In this document: piece after piece, positions 9,636 through 19,795 of the stretch
How positions within the stretch are numbered: the stretch's first letter is position 1
Layout of the letters: every line of letters starts with the position of its first letter
Assembly: GCA_934668515.1 (NCBI GenBank)
Contig: CAKUNS010000006.1
Location: 2,201-66,200, forward strand
From: an uncultured Eggerthellaceae bacterium
GTDB taxonomy: Bacteria; Actinomycetota; Coriobacteriia; Coriobacteriales; Eggerthellaceae
Direction: 5' to 3'
Length of the DNA: 64,000 nucleotides
Notes under the pieces: model-generated
Databases searched by the model: none
Seen by the model: the letters and a program-made list of their open reading frames with translations, nothing else
Told to the model about the DNA's origin: nothing
Translations under genes and position numbers: made by a program

Positions 9636-9653
9636 ATGGAAAGGAGAGTACGC

Positions 9654-11186
9654 ATGGCGCGCAAAATCAAGATCTTTGACACTACCATGCGCGATGGCGA
9701 GCAATCGCCTGGCGCATCGATGAACACTGACGAGAAACTCGTGGTGACCCGCGAGCTACTGCGTATGAATGTTGACGTCATCGAGGCGGGTTTTCCAATT
9801 TCTTCGCCTGGTGATTTTGAGAGCGTCCGAAAGATCGCTGAGGTCATTGGCGACAACGCTATCGTGTGCGCACTTACCCGTGCCGTTGATAAAGACATCG
9901 AGGTAGCCGCTGACGCTCTCAAGTATGCTAAGCGCCCTCGCATCCATACCGGTCTGGGCGTTTCTCCGTCGCATATGCGCGACAAGCTTCACATCACCGA
10001 AGATCAATGCGTCGAGAAAGCGGCTCACGCGGTTGCCTACGCCAAGCAGTTCGTTGACGACGTTGAGGTTTATGCCGAAGACGCTGGGCGTTCGGATTAC
10101 GACTTTCTTGTTCGTGTGATTCAAGCAGCCGTTGATGCCGGCGCTACTGTTGTCAACATTCCTGATACCACGGGTTATTCATTGCCAAGCGAATTCGGAC
10201 GTCGTATCAAGTACTTGCACGACAATGTTAAGGGCATCGAGAACGTCGACATCTCCGTTCATTGCCATAATGATCTTGGCATGGCTACCGCTCTTGCCAT
10301 TGAGGGCGTCCGTAACGGCGCCACGCAAATCGAGTGCACCATTAACGGTTTGGGTGAGCGCGCCGGCAATACCGCCGTTGAAGAAGTGGTTATGGCCATC
10401 CGCATGCACGAGAAAGAGCTCGACGCCTTCACCGACGTGAACTCTCGTGAATTCGTGAAAGCGAGCCGCTTGATCACCAACATCACTGGAATGAGCGTTC
10501 AGGCTAATAAAGCCATCGTTGGTGCTAACGCGTTCGCGCATTCTTCGGGCATTCATCAGGATGGCGTTTTAAAGAAGCGAGACACGTACGAGATCATCGA
10601 TCCCGAGGATGTTGGAGCTGGCCATTCCAAGATCATCCTTACTGCGCGCAGCGGCCATGCGGCATTGAAGCATCGCTTGGAAGAGCTTGGCTATAACTAC
10701 GAAGGCGAGCAGCTTGATAAGGTCTACGAGGCGTTCCTGAACCTCGCCGACAAGAAGAAGGAAGTCTACGACGAAGATCTCGAGAGCCTTGTCAATGAGC
10801 AGTCGCGTACTGCGAAGGGCATCTACACTCTTAAGAGTCTTCAGGTTAGTTGCGGTTACCCGCTTACGCCTACCGCTACGCTTACCATGGCGGATGCCTT
10901 CGGCAACGTCAAAACAGTTGCCGCGTACGGCACCGGCCCGATTGATGCTGCATTCAAGGCCGTTGACATGATCGTGGATGTCGAAAACGACCTTCAGGAG
11001 TTCTCGGTTCAGTCCGTCAGCCGCGGCATCGATGCCCTGGGTGAGGTCACCGTTCGCCTTGCTGCAGCCGATGGCGAGGTGTTTATCGGACGCGGTTCCG
11101 ACAACGACATCATCGTTTCGTCCACTAAGGCTTACGTTAATGCTCTGAACAGGCTTCTTTCTGTTCATGCTGAACGCAATAAATAA
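9654..11186 (+). CDS. leuA: 2-isopropylmalate synthase
   Basis: [20 protein letters not shown] is the canonical LeuA N-terminus, and HCHNDLGMA and the LeuA dimerisation/regulatory C-terminus follow. I chose the ATG at 9654 (GGAAAGGAGAG RBS) rather than the track start 9546, which would run across the terminator hairpin. Confidence 0.93.
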   Translation: MARKIKIFDTTMRDGEQSPGASMNTDEKLVVTRELLRMNVDVIEAGFPISSPGDFESVRKIAEVIGDNAIVCALTRAVDKDIEVAADALKYAKRPRIHTGLGVSPSHMRDKLHITEDQCVEKAAHAVAYAKQFVDDVEVYAEDAGRSDYDFLVRVIQAAVDAGATVVNIPDTTGYSLPSEFGRRIKYLHDNVKGIENVDISVHCHNDLGMATALAIEGVRNGATQIECTINGLGERAGNTAVEEVVMAIRMHEKELDAFTDVNSREFVKASRLITNITGMSVQANKAIVGANAFAHSSGIHQDGVLKKRDTYEIIDPEDVGAGHSKIILTARSGHAALKHRLEELGYNYEGEQLDKVYEAFLNLADKKKEVYDEDLESLVNEQSRTAKGIYTLKSLQVSCGYPLTPTATLTMADAFGNVKTVAAYGTGPIDAAFKAVDMIVDVENDLQEFSVQSVSRGIDALGEVTVRLAAADGEVFIGRGSDNDIIVSSTKAYVNALNRLLSVHAERNK

Positions 11187-11206
11187 AGATTGGCAACATT
11201 GCAGGG

Positions 11207-11245
11207 AAACGGCCGTCGTAGTGACGGCCGTTTCTGTATTGTTTG
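11207..11245 (+). terminator. Rho-independent terminator after leuA
   Basis: AAACGGCCGTC-GTAGT-GACGGCCGTTT is a perfect 11-bp stem, followed by CTGTATTGTTTG. Confidence 0.7.
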
Positions 11246-11327
11246 TAGTTGCGCTATTTCTGATATAAAATAAGCTCGTTACAAGGCAGCTTGGGTGTGT
11301 TTCCAGCAGCCAAGCTTTTCGATTCGA

Positions 11328-11361
11328 GGAAAGTGGGCATGTCCCGCTTTCTTTTTGTATG
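11328..11361 (+). terminator. Second terminator-like hairpin, in the rimP-nusA-infB leader
   Basis: GAAAGTGGG-CATGT-CCCGCTTTC forms a 9-bp stem with one G-U pair, followed by TTTTTGTATG. It ends about 47 nt upstream of the rimP ATG. Confidence 0.5.
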
Positions 11362-11407
11362 TGCGCCTTGTTGGTGAATGCGGATTAGTTAAAGGAGGGG
11401 ATCGAAC

Positions 11408-11878
11408 ATGTTAAGCGCTAAAGAGCAAGAGCTTTTCGACGCGCTTTCGCCGCGCGCCGATGCCGAGAAAATCGAGATCGTCACCGTCGAGGTGGTCGGG
11501 TCTAAAAAGGCCCCAACCATTAGGGTTTACATTGATACACCCGAAGGTGTGGGCTTCGACGAGCTTTCCGGTGCGCAGGTATGGATCAACGAGATCATGG
11601 ACAAGCTCGATCCTTTTCCTGGTGCCTACACCCTTGAAGTCTCTTCGCCGGGTATCGATCGTCCGCTTCGCACTGCGGCTCATTTCCAGGCTCAGATCGG
11701 GTGCACTGCGGTTATCAAAACCAATAGCGCCATCGATGGTCGCTCGTCTTTCACCGGAACCATCGTTTCGGTAACCGACGAGGCAGTCCAGCTTTCAATC
11801 AACGACGAACAGTTCACTATTCCCCTTGATGCCGTGAAGCGCGCGCATCTTAAGGGCGAGATCGATTTCAACTCTTAG
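11408..11878 (+). CDS. rimP: Ribosome maturation factor RimP
   Basis: 156 aa with the typical ..YTLEVSSPGIDRPL.. motif. An AAAGGAGGGG RBS is present, and the gene sits directly upstream of nusA. Confidence 0.9.
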   Translation: MLSAKEQELFDALSPRADAEKIEIVTVEVVGSKKAPTIRVYIDTPEGVGFDELSGAQVWINEIMDKLDPFPGAYTLEVSSPGIDRPLRTAAHFQAQIGCTAVIKTNSAIDGRSSFTGTIVSVTDEAVQLSINDEQFTIPLDAVKRAHLKGEIDFNS

Positions 11879-11884
11879 GAAAGG

Positions 11885-13102
11885 ATGATCATGGCCACTT
11901 CTGAACTTATTGAAGCCCTGCAGATGCTCGCTCACGAGCGTAAGATCGACGAGTTCTATCTCATCGAGCGTTTGGAGGAGTCTCTGGCGAAAAGCTACCA
12001 GCACATCCTTGACCTTGAGTGGGATGCCCGCGTCACCATCGATCGTGAAACCGGCAAGATCTATGTCTATGAGCTTGTTCCCGTAGGCGAGCCCGACGAG
12101 GAAACCGGCGAGTATTCCGAGTTCGAGGAACGCGACGTCACCCCTGGCGACGTAAGCCGCATTGCTGCACAAAATGCAAAGAGCGTTATCTCCTCCATCG
12201 TCCGCGATGCTGGTCGTCAGTCCATTTACGAAGAGTTCTCTCATCGTATCGGCGATCTGGTCACTGGCACCGTTCTTCAGGGCACGCCCGACTTCACCAT
12301 TATCAAGATCCGCGACGGCGTCGAGGCTGAGCTGCCTCATTACGATAAGACCCGCTCTCCCAAGGAGCTCAACGAGCGTCCTGCCGGCGAGCGTTATCGT
12401 CACAACCAGCGCCTGAAGGTACTTATCATCGACGTTCGCGATCCCTCTTCCGACGAACCTCGTCAGCGCGGCGAACAGTCTCGCCCGCCCATCGTGGTTT
12501 CTCGTACCCACCCCGATTTGATTCGTCGCCTTTTCGAGATCGAAGTCCCCGAGATCTACGACGGTTTGGTTGAAGTCAAGAGCATCGCTCGCGAGCCCGG
12601 TATCCGTTCCAAGGTTGCCGTTCATTCTCGCGAGGCCAACCTTGATCCCGTTGGCGCATGCGTCGGCCCCAAGGGTTCTCGCGTTCGCATGGTTGTCGAG
12701 GAGCTTCACAACGAGCGCGTAGATGTCATTCAGTGGAGCGCCGATCCCGCCCGTTACGTCGCTAATGCTCTTTCACCCGCTAAGGTCACTAGCGTGACCA
12801 TTGATGAAGAGAAGCATTATGCCACGGTCGTGGTCAACGACGATCAGCTTTCCCTGGCTATCGGCAAAGAGGGTCAGAACGCACGTCTTGCTGCTCGCCT
12901 TACCGGTTGGCACATCGACATCAAGAGCACTTCCTTCTTGGGTCAGTCTTTGCTCGAAGACACCGACGATCCCGTTGCCGAGGAGCAAGTCGAGGAGGTA
13001 CCCGAGTTCTGCGCTTTCGAGAACGAGGATGGCACCCGCTGCCGCAATCACGCCCGTCCTGGTAGCCGCTTCTGCGGTATCCACGCGGACATGGAAGAGT
13101 AG
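11885..13102 (+). CDS. nusA: Transcription termination/antitermination factor NusA (no AR1/AR2 repeats; short Cys/His-rich C-terminal tail)
   Basis: It has an N-terminal domain, an S1 domain (..GDLVTGTVLQG..) and KH1/KH2 (..GACVGPKGSRV.., ..SLAIGKEGQNARLAA..). An alternative ATG at 11891 has better RBS spacing. Confidence 0.93.
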   Translation: MIMATSELIEALQMLAHERKIDEFYLIERLEESLAKSYQHILDLEWDARVTIDRETGKIYVYELVPVGEPDEETGEYSEFEERDVTPGDVSRIAAQNAKSVISSIVRDAGRQSIYEEFSHRIGDLVTGTVLQGTPDFTIIKIRDGVEAELPHYDKTRSPKELNERPAGERYRHNQRLKVLIIDVRDPSSDEPRQRGEQSRPPIVVSRTHPDLIRRLFEIEVPEIYDGLVEVKSIAREPGIRSKVAVHSREANLDPVGACVGPKGSRVRMVVEELHNERVDVIQWSADPARYVANALSPAKVTSVTIDEEKHYATVVVNDDQLSLAIGKEGQNARLAARLTGWHIDIKSTSFLGQSLLEDTDDPVAEEQVEEVPEFCAFENEDGTRCRNHARPGSRFCGIHADMEE

Positions 13103-13114
13103 GCGGTTTCAACT

Positions 13115-13405
13115 ATGACCCAGGCAACCGTCACGAAACGGGAGCGCACTTGCATCTCTTGCGGAGCTAAAAGCGATAAGCTTACGCTGATGCGCATCGT
13201 TCGTCGTGCGGACGGCTCTGTTGAATTCGACCCCACGGGTAGGATTCCGGGCCGCGGTGCATATGTTTGCTCCGTCGATTGCCTGACCAAGGCGCTTGCA
13301 AGCAATAAGTTGCAGCGCGCTTTGAAAACCAATGTCACTGACGATGATGCGGAGCGAATCGCGAGTGCTGTTCGATCTGCCGCGATTGAAGCTTCGATCC
13401 GATAG
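13115..13405 (+). CDS. ylxR: YlxR/DUF448 family RNA-binding protein
   Basis: 96 aa with ..RTCISCGAKSDKLTLMRIV.. and ..GRGAYVC.., typical of YlxR. It holds the conserved position between nusA and infB. Confidence 0.8.
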   Translation: MTQATVTKRERTCISCGAKSDKLTLMRIVRRADGSVEFDPTGRIPGRGAYVCSVDCLTKALASNKLQRALKTNVTDDDAERIASAVRSAAIEASIR

Positions 13406-13413
13406 GAGTTTAT

Positions 13414-16167
13414 ATGCCGGGAATGCGCGTACATGAGCTTGCGAAGGAGTACGGTTTGTCCAGCAAGGACATGCTTGACCGCCTTCGCGATATGAAAATC
13501 CCTGCTAAAAGCCACGCCAGCATGCTTGGTGATGCTTACGTGCAGAAAATCCGTAAGGAAATGGGCCCTGCTTCCGTTGAGGGCGACGTTGAGGAAGGCG
13601 TAGCCGTCAACACCGTCGAGGCCGAAGAGCTTGAGGCTAAGAAGAAGGCCGAAGAGGAGGAGCGCGTTCGTCGAGAGGCTGTCGAGAAGGAGCGTGCCCG
13701 CCGCGAGGCCGAGCGCGCAAAGCGCAAGGAAAGCAAGGATGCCGTGAGCGCCGAAGCCGAGCCTAAGAAGCCTGCTCCCTCTTCCGACAGCCCCTTTAAG
13801 AGCCTCGAAGCTCAGATTGCTGACGAGAAAGAACGTGTCCGTCGTGAGCGCGAGGCTGCTGCTGCGCGTGCCCGTGCCGAAGCCCTTGCCAAGGACGTTG
13901 CCAAGAAGCAGGCCGTTGAAGAGGCTATTCGTATGCGCCAAGGTGGTCATAAGGCTGCTGCTCAGGCTGAATCCCGTCCTGCAGCCAAGCCCGCTCCTGC
14001 AGCGCCTGCTGCTAAGAAGTCCCGTGGATTCGATTCGCTTCTTTCGCAGATCGAATCCGAGCAGAAGCGCATTCAAGAGCAGAAGGCGCAGAGCAAAGAG
14101 GCTGGCAAGCGTCAGAATGCCCATAATAACAACAATGGTAAACCTGCCAAGAAGAAGCATCACAACGGCGAGCAGGTAGTCCCTGAGCTTGAGAACGTCG
14201 GTACCGAAGAAGATCGTTACGCAAAGATGGCCGTTCAGGTCGAGAAGCTTCAGCGTGATAAGGTTCTTGCCGAGGCGCGTGCAGCCGTTGCTGCCGCTAC
14301 CACCAACGAGGCCAATACCGGTCGTCGTAAGACGCGCACGGAAAAGCGCGAGGCCGAGGCTCGCGAGAAGGCGCAGCAGCAGGCAATTCAGCATGGCATC
14401 GACCCCAGTCTGGTTCTCGACGAATCTGTCGTCGAAATCCCGCAGGGTGCAACGGTTGCCAAGTTCGCCGAGCTTTTGGGCGTTGGTCCCAACGAGGTTA
14501 TCAAGCGCTTGTTCATGCTTGGCCAGGTTCTGACTCTTACTCAGTCCATGCCTGACGACCTTGTCGAGCTCATTGCTGACGACATGGGTCGCAAGGTCCG
14601 TGTCGTGTCGCCCGAGGAAGAGTACGCCGTTGTTTACAACGACACCGAAGACGACCTGCTTCCGCGTCCACCTGTCGTTACTGTCATGGGCCATGTTGAC
14701 CACGGCAAAACCTCGCTGCTTGACGCGATCCGCAACACCGGCGTTGCCATGGGCGAGGCTGGCGGCATCACTCAGCACATCGGCGCTTCCGTCGTTACCA
14801 TCAACGGTCAGCAGATCACCTTCATCGACACTCCTGGTCACGAGGCATTCACTGCAATGCGCGCTCGTGGTGCTCAGGTTACCGACGTCATCGTCTTGGT
14901 CGTCGCCGCCGACGACGGTGTCATGCCGCAGACCATTGAGGCCGTGAACCATGCTAAGGCCGCAAACGTGCCTATCGTCGTTGCCGTCAACAAGATCGAT
15001 AAGCCCGGTGCGAACCCCGACCGCGTTCGTCAGGAGCTCACCGAGTACGGCGTTGTTCCGGAAGAGTGGGGCGGCACGAACATGTTCGTCGAGGTCTCCG
15101 CTAAGAAGAAGATCAACATCGACGGTTTGCTTGAGACCATCCTGCTTCAGGCCGAGGTTCTCGAGCTTAAGGCAAATCCGAACGCTCTGGCTTCTGGCTT
15201 CGTTATCGAGGCGAATTTGGACAAGGGCCGAGGTCCCGTTGCCACCGTCCTGGTTCAACGCGGCACCCTGCATTCCGGCGATGTCGTCGTTGCGGGCACC
15301 TCGTATGGTCGCGTTCGCGCTTTGATCGATCCGAAGGGCGCTCATGCGTCTCAGGCCAAGCCCGCCGATCCTGTTGAGATCCTTGGTCTGAACAGCGTTC
15401 CCACCGCAGGTGATGAGTTCCGTGTTTTCGAGGACGAGCGCGATGCTCGTAAGCTCGCCGAGGAGCGTGCCTTGCGCGAGCGTCTTGCCGAGCAGACCAA
15501 CAAGTCTCACATGAGCCTGGATGATCTGTTCAGCCGCATCGAAGAGGGCAAGCAGACCGACCTGAACCTTATCGTGAAGGCCGACGTTCAGGGTTCCATC
15601 GAGGCTCTGCGCGATGCTTTCGACAAGATGGATCAATCCGAGGTCCGCATCAACATCGTTCACTCTGCTGTTGGTGGCATCACCGAGACCGACGTCACCC
15701 TTGCTGCTGCATCTGACGCCATCATCATCGGCTTCAATGTTCGTCCTACGGGCAAGTCCAAGCAGCAGGCTGAGAAGGAGAAGGTCGACATCAGGCTTTA
15801 CCGCGTCATCTACCAGGCTATCGAAGACATCAATGCCGCACGAGTCGGCCTGCTGTCTCCCGATATCGTCGAAGAGGACACCGGTACCGCCGAGGTTCGC
15901 GAGCTCTTCCGTGTTCCCAAGGTTGGTGTCATCGCGGGCTGCTACGTTACTGAGGGCGAGATTCATCGTGACGACAAGGTTCGCATCGTCCGTAACGGCA
16001 CGGTTATCTTCGACGGCAAGCTCGGTTCCATGCGTCGTTTCAAAGACGACGTTAAATCGGTCAAGCAGAACTACGAGTGCGGTCTTGGCATCGAGGGCTA
16101 CCAGGATCTCAAGATCGGTGACTTCATTGAAGGCTACGTCGTCAAAGAGGTTGAGCGTACCGAGTAG
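13414..16167 (+). CDS. infB: Translation initiation factor IF-2
   Basis: 917 aa. It has a low-complexity charged N-terminal region, then the G domain ([26 protein letters not shown]) and the conserved C-terminal domains. Confidence 0.95.
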   Translation: MPGMRVHELAKEYGLSSKDMLDRLRDMKIPAKSHASMLGDAYVQKIRKEMGPASVEGDVEEGVAVNTVEAEELEAKKKAEEEERVRREAVEKERARREAERAKRKESKDAVSAEAEPKKPAPSSDSPFKSLEAQIADEKERVRREREAAAARARAEALAKDVAKKQAVEEAIRMRQGGHKAAAQAESRPAAKPAPAAPAAKKSRGFDSLLSQIESEQKRIQEQKAQSKEAGKRQNAHNNNNGKPAKKKHHNGEQVVPELENVGTEEDRYAKMAVQVEKLQRDKVLAEARAAVAAATTNEANTGRRKTRTEKREAEAREKAQQQAIQHGIDPSLVLDESVVEIPQGATVAKFAELLGVGPNEVIKRLFMLGQVLTLTQSMPDDLVELIADDMGRKVRVVSPEEEYAVVYNDTEDDLLPRPPVVTVMGHVDHGKTSLLDAIRNTGVAMGEAGGITQHIGASVVTINGQQITFIDTPGHEAFTAMRARGAQVTDVIVLVVAADDGVMPQTIEAVNHAKAANVPIVVAVNKIDKPGANPDRVRQELTEYGVVPEEWGGTNMFVEVSAKKKINIDGLLETILLQAEVLELKANPNALASGFVIEANLDKGRGPVATVLVQRGTLHSGDVVVAGTSYGRVRALIDPKGAHASQAKPADPVEILGLNSVPTAGDEFRVFEDERDARKLAEERALRERLAEQTNKSHMSLDDLFSRIEEGKQTDLNLIVKADVQGSIEALRDAFDKMDQSEVRINIVHSAVGGITETDVTLAAASDAIIIGFNVRPTGKSKQQAEKEKVDIRLYRVIYQAIEDINAARVGLLSPDIVEEDTGTAEVRELFRVPKVGVIAGCYVTEGEIHRDDKVRIVRNGTVIFDGKLGSMRRFKDDVKSVKQNYECGLGIEGYQDLKIGDFIEGYVVKEVERTE

Positions 16168-16207
16168 TAAAAGGCTTTCGTGCTACCGAGGGCAGTTGCA
16201 TCACATC

Positions 16208-16246
16208 AGACGGGCATCCTGTAAGATAGGGGTGCCCGTCTTTTCG
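16208..16246 (+). terminator. Terminator-like hairpin between infB and rbfA
   Basis: AGACGGGCATCC..(loop)..GGGTGCCCGTCT, followed by TTTCG. Confidence 0.55.
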
Positions 16247-16265
16247 AATGAGATAGGAATCAATC

Positions 16266-16646
16266 ATGAAACAGAACTCTTCGAGCCGCCGTGTTAACGA
16301 GCAGGCACGCCAGGTTATCGCCGAGATCTTGATGTTCGAGGTCTCCGATCCGCGTTTGAGCATGGTCACCATCACCGGCTGCGAGGTTAGCTTTGACCGT
16401 AGCGTGTGCAACGTGTACTACACCGCTGACAAGAAATCGTACAAAGGCGCTCAGGAAGCTTTTGAGAAAGCTTCCGGCCGAATTCGCACGCTGATGGGCA
16501 AGAAGCTCTCGTGGCGTGTTGCCCCCGAGCTTCGCTTCTTCCTTGACGGCAGCGTCGATCAGGCGGAGCGTATTGCCATCGCCATTGCCGCCGAGCGTAA
16601 GCGCAACGAAGGCTCGCCTTCTTCGAACGAGGCGCGTGAGGATTAG
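16266..16646 (+). CDS. rbfA: Ribosome-binding factor A
   Basis: 126 aa with ..DPRLSMVTITGCEVS.D...C.VYY.. and the ..PELRF..D.. RbfA pattern. It holds the conserved position after infB. Confidence 0.9.
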   Translation: MKQNSSSRRVNEQARQVIAEILMFEVSDPRLSMVTITGCEVSFDRSVCNVYYTADKKSYKGAQEAFEKASGRIRTLMGKKLSWRVAPELRFFLDGSVDQAERIAIAIAAERKRNEGSPSSNEARED

Positions 16647-16650
16647 GTCT

Positions 16651-17676
16651 ATGGCAACGACCCCTCAGACTAATTCTACTTTAGAGGATATCGCGCAGGT
16701 CATTCGAGCCAACAACTCGTTTGCCCTGTGCGGTCATGTAAGCCCCGATGGAGATTGCCTTGGCTCTCAGCTGGCGCTGCACCACACCCTAAAGGCTTTG
16801 GGTAAAGAATCCACGCTGCTTCTTGTGCGTGACGATGCCATTGATCAGAAGCTTACATTCATGCCGGGTGCGGACGAATTCGTTCCTGCTCAGCAGGTGT
16901 TGGACAAGTTGCCTGAAACAGGTCGAGCCTTCGATGTGTTCATTGGTTTAGATGTGCCCAAGCGCGATCGCGTCGGCCAAGCGGCTTGCTCGATTCTTGA
17001 CCGTTGTGCTGACTCCGTTACGATCGATCATCATGCTGAACCTACGACCATGGCGAACCATGTTCATGTCCAGCCAGATTCTGCTTCGACCAGCATCATA
17101 GTGTGGTGGCTTTGCAAGCTTCTTCTGAACACGCCGCCTGTTGACTCTGCCGTGTGCGCGTATACGGGCTTGGTCACCGACACGGGCTGTTTCCAGTTTC
17201 AGAACACCAACACCGAAGCGTTCCTTGCTGCGGCCGATCTGGCTGCAGCCGGAGTTAAGCCTTCTGAAGTATCGCGCGAGATCACGCAGAACGAATCTCT
17301 TGCGGCAATGAAGCTTCAATCGCTTGCCATTGAACGCATGATCCTTCTTCAGAACGGGCAAATCGCCCTTTCATGGATCACCGCTGATGACATGCGTGGT
17401 TTAAATGCTCAGAAGGCTGACGCCGATGGCGTGGTTGGCGCACTCAGGTCCATTCGTGGTGTTCGCGTTGCATGTGCATTGCGCGAGCAGGATGGGGAAG
17501 TGCGAGGAAACCTTCGCTCTAAGGACGATTCCGATGTCTCCGTAGTCGCACGTGAGTTCGATGGTGGTGGTCATCGCGGAGCTTCCGGCTTCAAGTTGAA
17601 ACTACCGATGGAAGAAGCCGTTTCTGCAATTGAAGATCGTCTTTCACGATTTGATTTCGATCAGAGGGATGCGTAA
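16651..17676 (+). CDS. nrnA: DHH/DHHA1-family phosphoesterase (NrnA-type oligoribonuclease / pAp phosphatase)
   Basis: It has GHVSPDGDCLGS, ..TIDHH.. and a C-terminal GGGH motif (FDGGGHRGASG). I chose the ATG at 16651, directly after the rbfA stop, rather than track start 16516, which overlaps rbfA. Confidence 0.8.
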   Translation: MATTPQTNSTLEDIAQVIRANNSFALCGHVSPDGDCLGSQLALHHTLKALGKESTLLLVRDDAIDQKLTFMPGADEFVPAQQVLDKLPETGRAFDVFIGLDVPKRDRVGQAACSILDRCADSVTIDHHAEPTTMANHVHVQPDSASTSIIVWWLCKLLLNTPPVDSAVCAYTGLVTDTGCFQFQNTNTEAFLAAADLAAAGVKPSEVSREITQNESLAAMKLQSLAIERMILLQNGQIALSWITADDMRGLNAQKADADGVVGALRSIRGVRVACALREQDGEVRGNLRSKDDSDVSVVAREFDGGGHRGASGFKLKLPMEEAVSAIEDRLSRFDFDQRDA

Positions 17677-18692
17677 TGAAACGTGGTTCATCAGGTCTTT
17701 CACTGATTGTTGGTATCCGCAAACCCGTTGATGTCACTTCTCACGATGTCGTCAACCGCGTTCGTCGCATCATGGGGGAGAAGCGCGTTGGTCATACTGG
17801 TACGCTCGATCCTATGGCTACGGGCGTTTTGCCTATTTGTATAGGCCCTGCTACTAGGCTTGACAAATATATGGTAGGCCACGATAAAACCTATCGTGCC
17901 ACTATCACGTTCGGTTCTCAAACAAATACCGACGATGCAAAAGGCGAGGTTGTGAAACAAGCCTTTGTCCCGACTGAAATTGGCGAGAGGGATTTTGCCT
18001 TAGGTGTTCTTCAGGGATTGGTCGGCGTTCATATGCAGGTGCCTCCTGCGTTTTGCGCGGTAAAGATCAACGGCCAACCTGCCTATAAAAGGATGCGAGC
18101 TGGCGAGGAAGTGGAACTCGAGGCTCGTCAGATCGAGGTCTATTCCGCCGAGCTGGTAAATTTTACTGAGGCTTCTTCCGTGGATGGGTCTCATGATTCG
18201 GTTTCGTGGATCGTGGATTTGTCGGTTTCTAAAGGCACGTTCATTCGTTCTATTGCGCGAGACCTGGGACAGCAACTCGGCACGTGCGCTCACTTGTCCG
18301 GTCTTGCACGTATGAGTGCAGGTGGAATCTCGTTGGACGAGTGCGTTTCATTGGAATCGCTTGAGAATTTAAAAGAATCCGCGGCGCTTGATCCCGTTCG
18401 TGTGCTGGGCTTTCGCTTTGCATATGCCGACAATCGCGCCGATTCCGTCTCCAATGGCGCAGCACTTTCCCCTGATGACGTAACTTTATACGAATCGCTG
18501 GCAAGCGAAGCCGACGATTCGCTTTGCGCATGCTGTGCGACTGAACTTGCGAAGAGTCAAACGCCTCCAGTTGATGGAGAGCTGATTTGCGTTTTGGTAG
18601 AGAACAAATTGAAGGGCGTGTATCGATATGACAGTCGGTATCGCTGTTGGAAATCTGATTGCGTGTTTGCGGTAGGTGTGTCTCGTGGCTGA
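17676..18692 (+). CDS. truB: tRNA pseudouridine(55) synthase
   Basis: It has ..GHTGTLDPMATGVLPICIG.. (catalytic Asp motif). It overlaps the nrnA stop as TAATG. Confidence 0.9.
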   Translation: MKRGSSGLSLIVGIRKPVDVTSHDVVNRVRRIMGEKRVGHTGTLDPMATGVLPICIGPATRLDKYMVGHDKTYRATITFGSQTNTDDAKGEVVKQAFVPTEIGERDFALGVLQGLVGVHMQVPPAFCAVKINGQPAYKRMRAGEEVELEARQIEVYSAELVNFTEASSVDGSHDSVSWIVDLSVSKGTFIRSIARDLGQQLGTCAHLSGLARMSAGGISLDECVSLESLENLKESAALDPVRVLGFRFAYADNRADSVSNGAALSPDDVTLYESLASEADDSLCACCATELAKSQTPPVDGELICVLVENKLKGVYRYDSRYRCWKSDCVFAVGVSRG

Positions 18693-19614
18693 AATTATCT
18701 ATTCGACTGATGACTTTTCAAACCTTGACGTTCTTCAGTCAAGCGTATGCTGTTTCGGCGTGTTCGATGGCGTTCATGTCGGGCATCAGTTTCTTATTCG
18801 CCAAACGATCGATTCCGCATCGCAACAGGGCGTGAGATCTGCGGTGATCACTTTCGACATCGATCCTGATGAGCTTTTCAAGCGCAAGGGATTCGTGAAG
18901 CTCATGAGTAATGAGAAGCGCATCGAAGCACTGGCTGATAGCGGCGTGGATCTTATTGTCGTGCTTCCGTTCTCACGCGAATTCGCCGCCCAGAGTCCTA
19001 CTGAGTTTTTGAACAGCACCTTCAACAGCGGTGTGCCTGTTGAATTGCACGTCGGCTCGGATTTTCGTTTCGGCTGCAAGGCCGCTGGCACGGTTTCGGA
19101 CCTTATCGTTTGGGGCGCTCATCACGATATGCGTGTTGTCGGTCACGACCTCGAAACCGCACTGGGCACGGTTGTGTCTGCTACGCGCATTCGCACGCTC
19201 CTTGAGGATGGCTCCAACATCGGTCAGGTTAACGAGCTTCTTGGTCGTCCATATTGCATGAGCGGCCGCGTTGAGCAAGGGCGCAAAGAAGGCCGCGATA
19301 TGGGATTCCGTACGGCTAATGTTTTCGTTCCGATCAACCTTCGCGCGCTTGCCCCGGGTGTTTTCGGCGCTTATGCATTTGTGGAAGGCCATCGCTATAA
19401 AGCTGCGGTCTCTGTCGGGGTTTCGCCTATGTTCGCCGATGAGACACAGGCGTATTGCGAAGCTCACCTCCTGGACTTCGAAGGCGACATCTACGGCGAT
19501 GTAGTCGATATCGACTTCATCGAATGGCTTCGTCCCATGATGAAATTCTCAAGCGTAGAGGAACTTATCTCCACCGTCATGGGGAACATCGACTGGGTTC
19601 GTAACAACCTTTAG
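18676..19614 (+). CDS. ribF: Bifunctional riboflavin kinase / FMN adenylyltransferase
   Basis: It has ..CFGVFDGVHVGHQ.. in the FAD synthetase domain and a C-terminal riboflavin kinase domain (..GFRTANV.., ..EAHLLDFEGDIYG..). The start is GTG at 18676, with 18685 as an alternative. Confidence 0.9.
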   Translation: MCLVAEIIYSTDDFSNLDVLQSSVCCFGVFDGVHVGHQFLIRQTIDSASQQGVRSAVITFDIDPDELFKRKGFVKLMSNEKRIEALADSGVDLIVVLPFSREFAAQSPTEFLNSTFNSGVPVELHVGSDFRFGCKAAGTVSDLIVWGAHHDMRVVGHDLETALGTVVSATRIRTLLEDGSNIGQVNELLGRPYCMSGRVEQGRKEGRDMGFRTANVFVPINLRALAPGVFGAYAFVEGHRYKAAVSVGVSPMFADETQAYCEAHLLDFEGDIYGDVVDIDFIEWLRPMMKFSSVEELISTVMGNIDWVRNNL

Positions 19615-19795
19615 CTGATACCTTTCATCCGCGTTCCGTTTTAGGTTGATGCTGCTGCATATTTCCGTTTCTAAACCGTTTCAAATAATCTACAATTAGT
19701 TTGTTTGTGTCTCACGCCTTCCGATGCGCGTTTCCGGCTTTGATAACTGGCCGAAAACGCTTATCTAAGGCAGATCGAATACCAAGGAGGTAATC

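Noticed and set aside
9546-9653. N-terminal extensions of track ORFs (9546 leuA, 16516 nrnA, 33100 and 34202 and 35007 OFOR subunits, 38279 pyrC, 41097 carB, 45129 pyrD, 46983 mihF, 57587 hemW, 61762 mtaB, 54668 rpsT).
   Set aside because: In every case the extension overlaps the preceding gene or a terminator and has no homology-like sequence. An internal ATG or GTG with a good RBS also begins exactly at the conserved family N-terminus. I used the shorter coordinates.
13048-15966. A 972-aa ORF on the minus strand, the longest ORF in the window.
   Set aside because: It lies exactly antisense to infB. Its translation is Leu/Gly/Ala/Arg/Asp-rich low complexity with no recognisable domain. The + frame gives a complete IF-2 with all G-domain motifs. 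This is a typical shadow ORF of a gene with GC-rich third codon positions.
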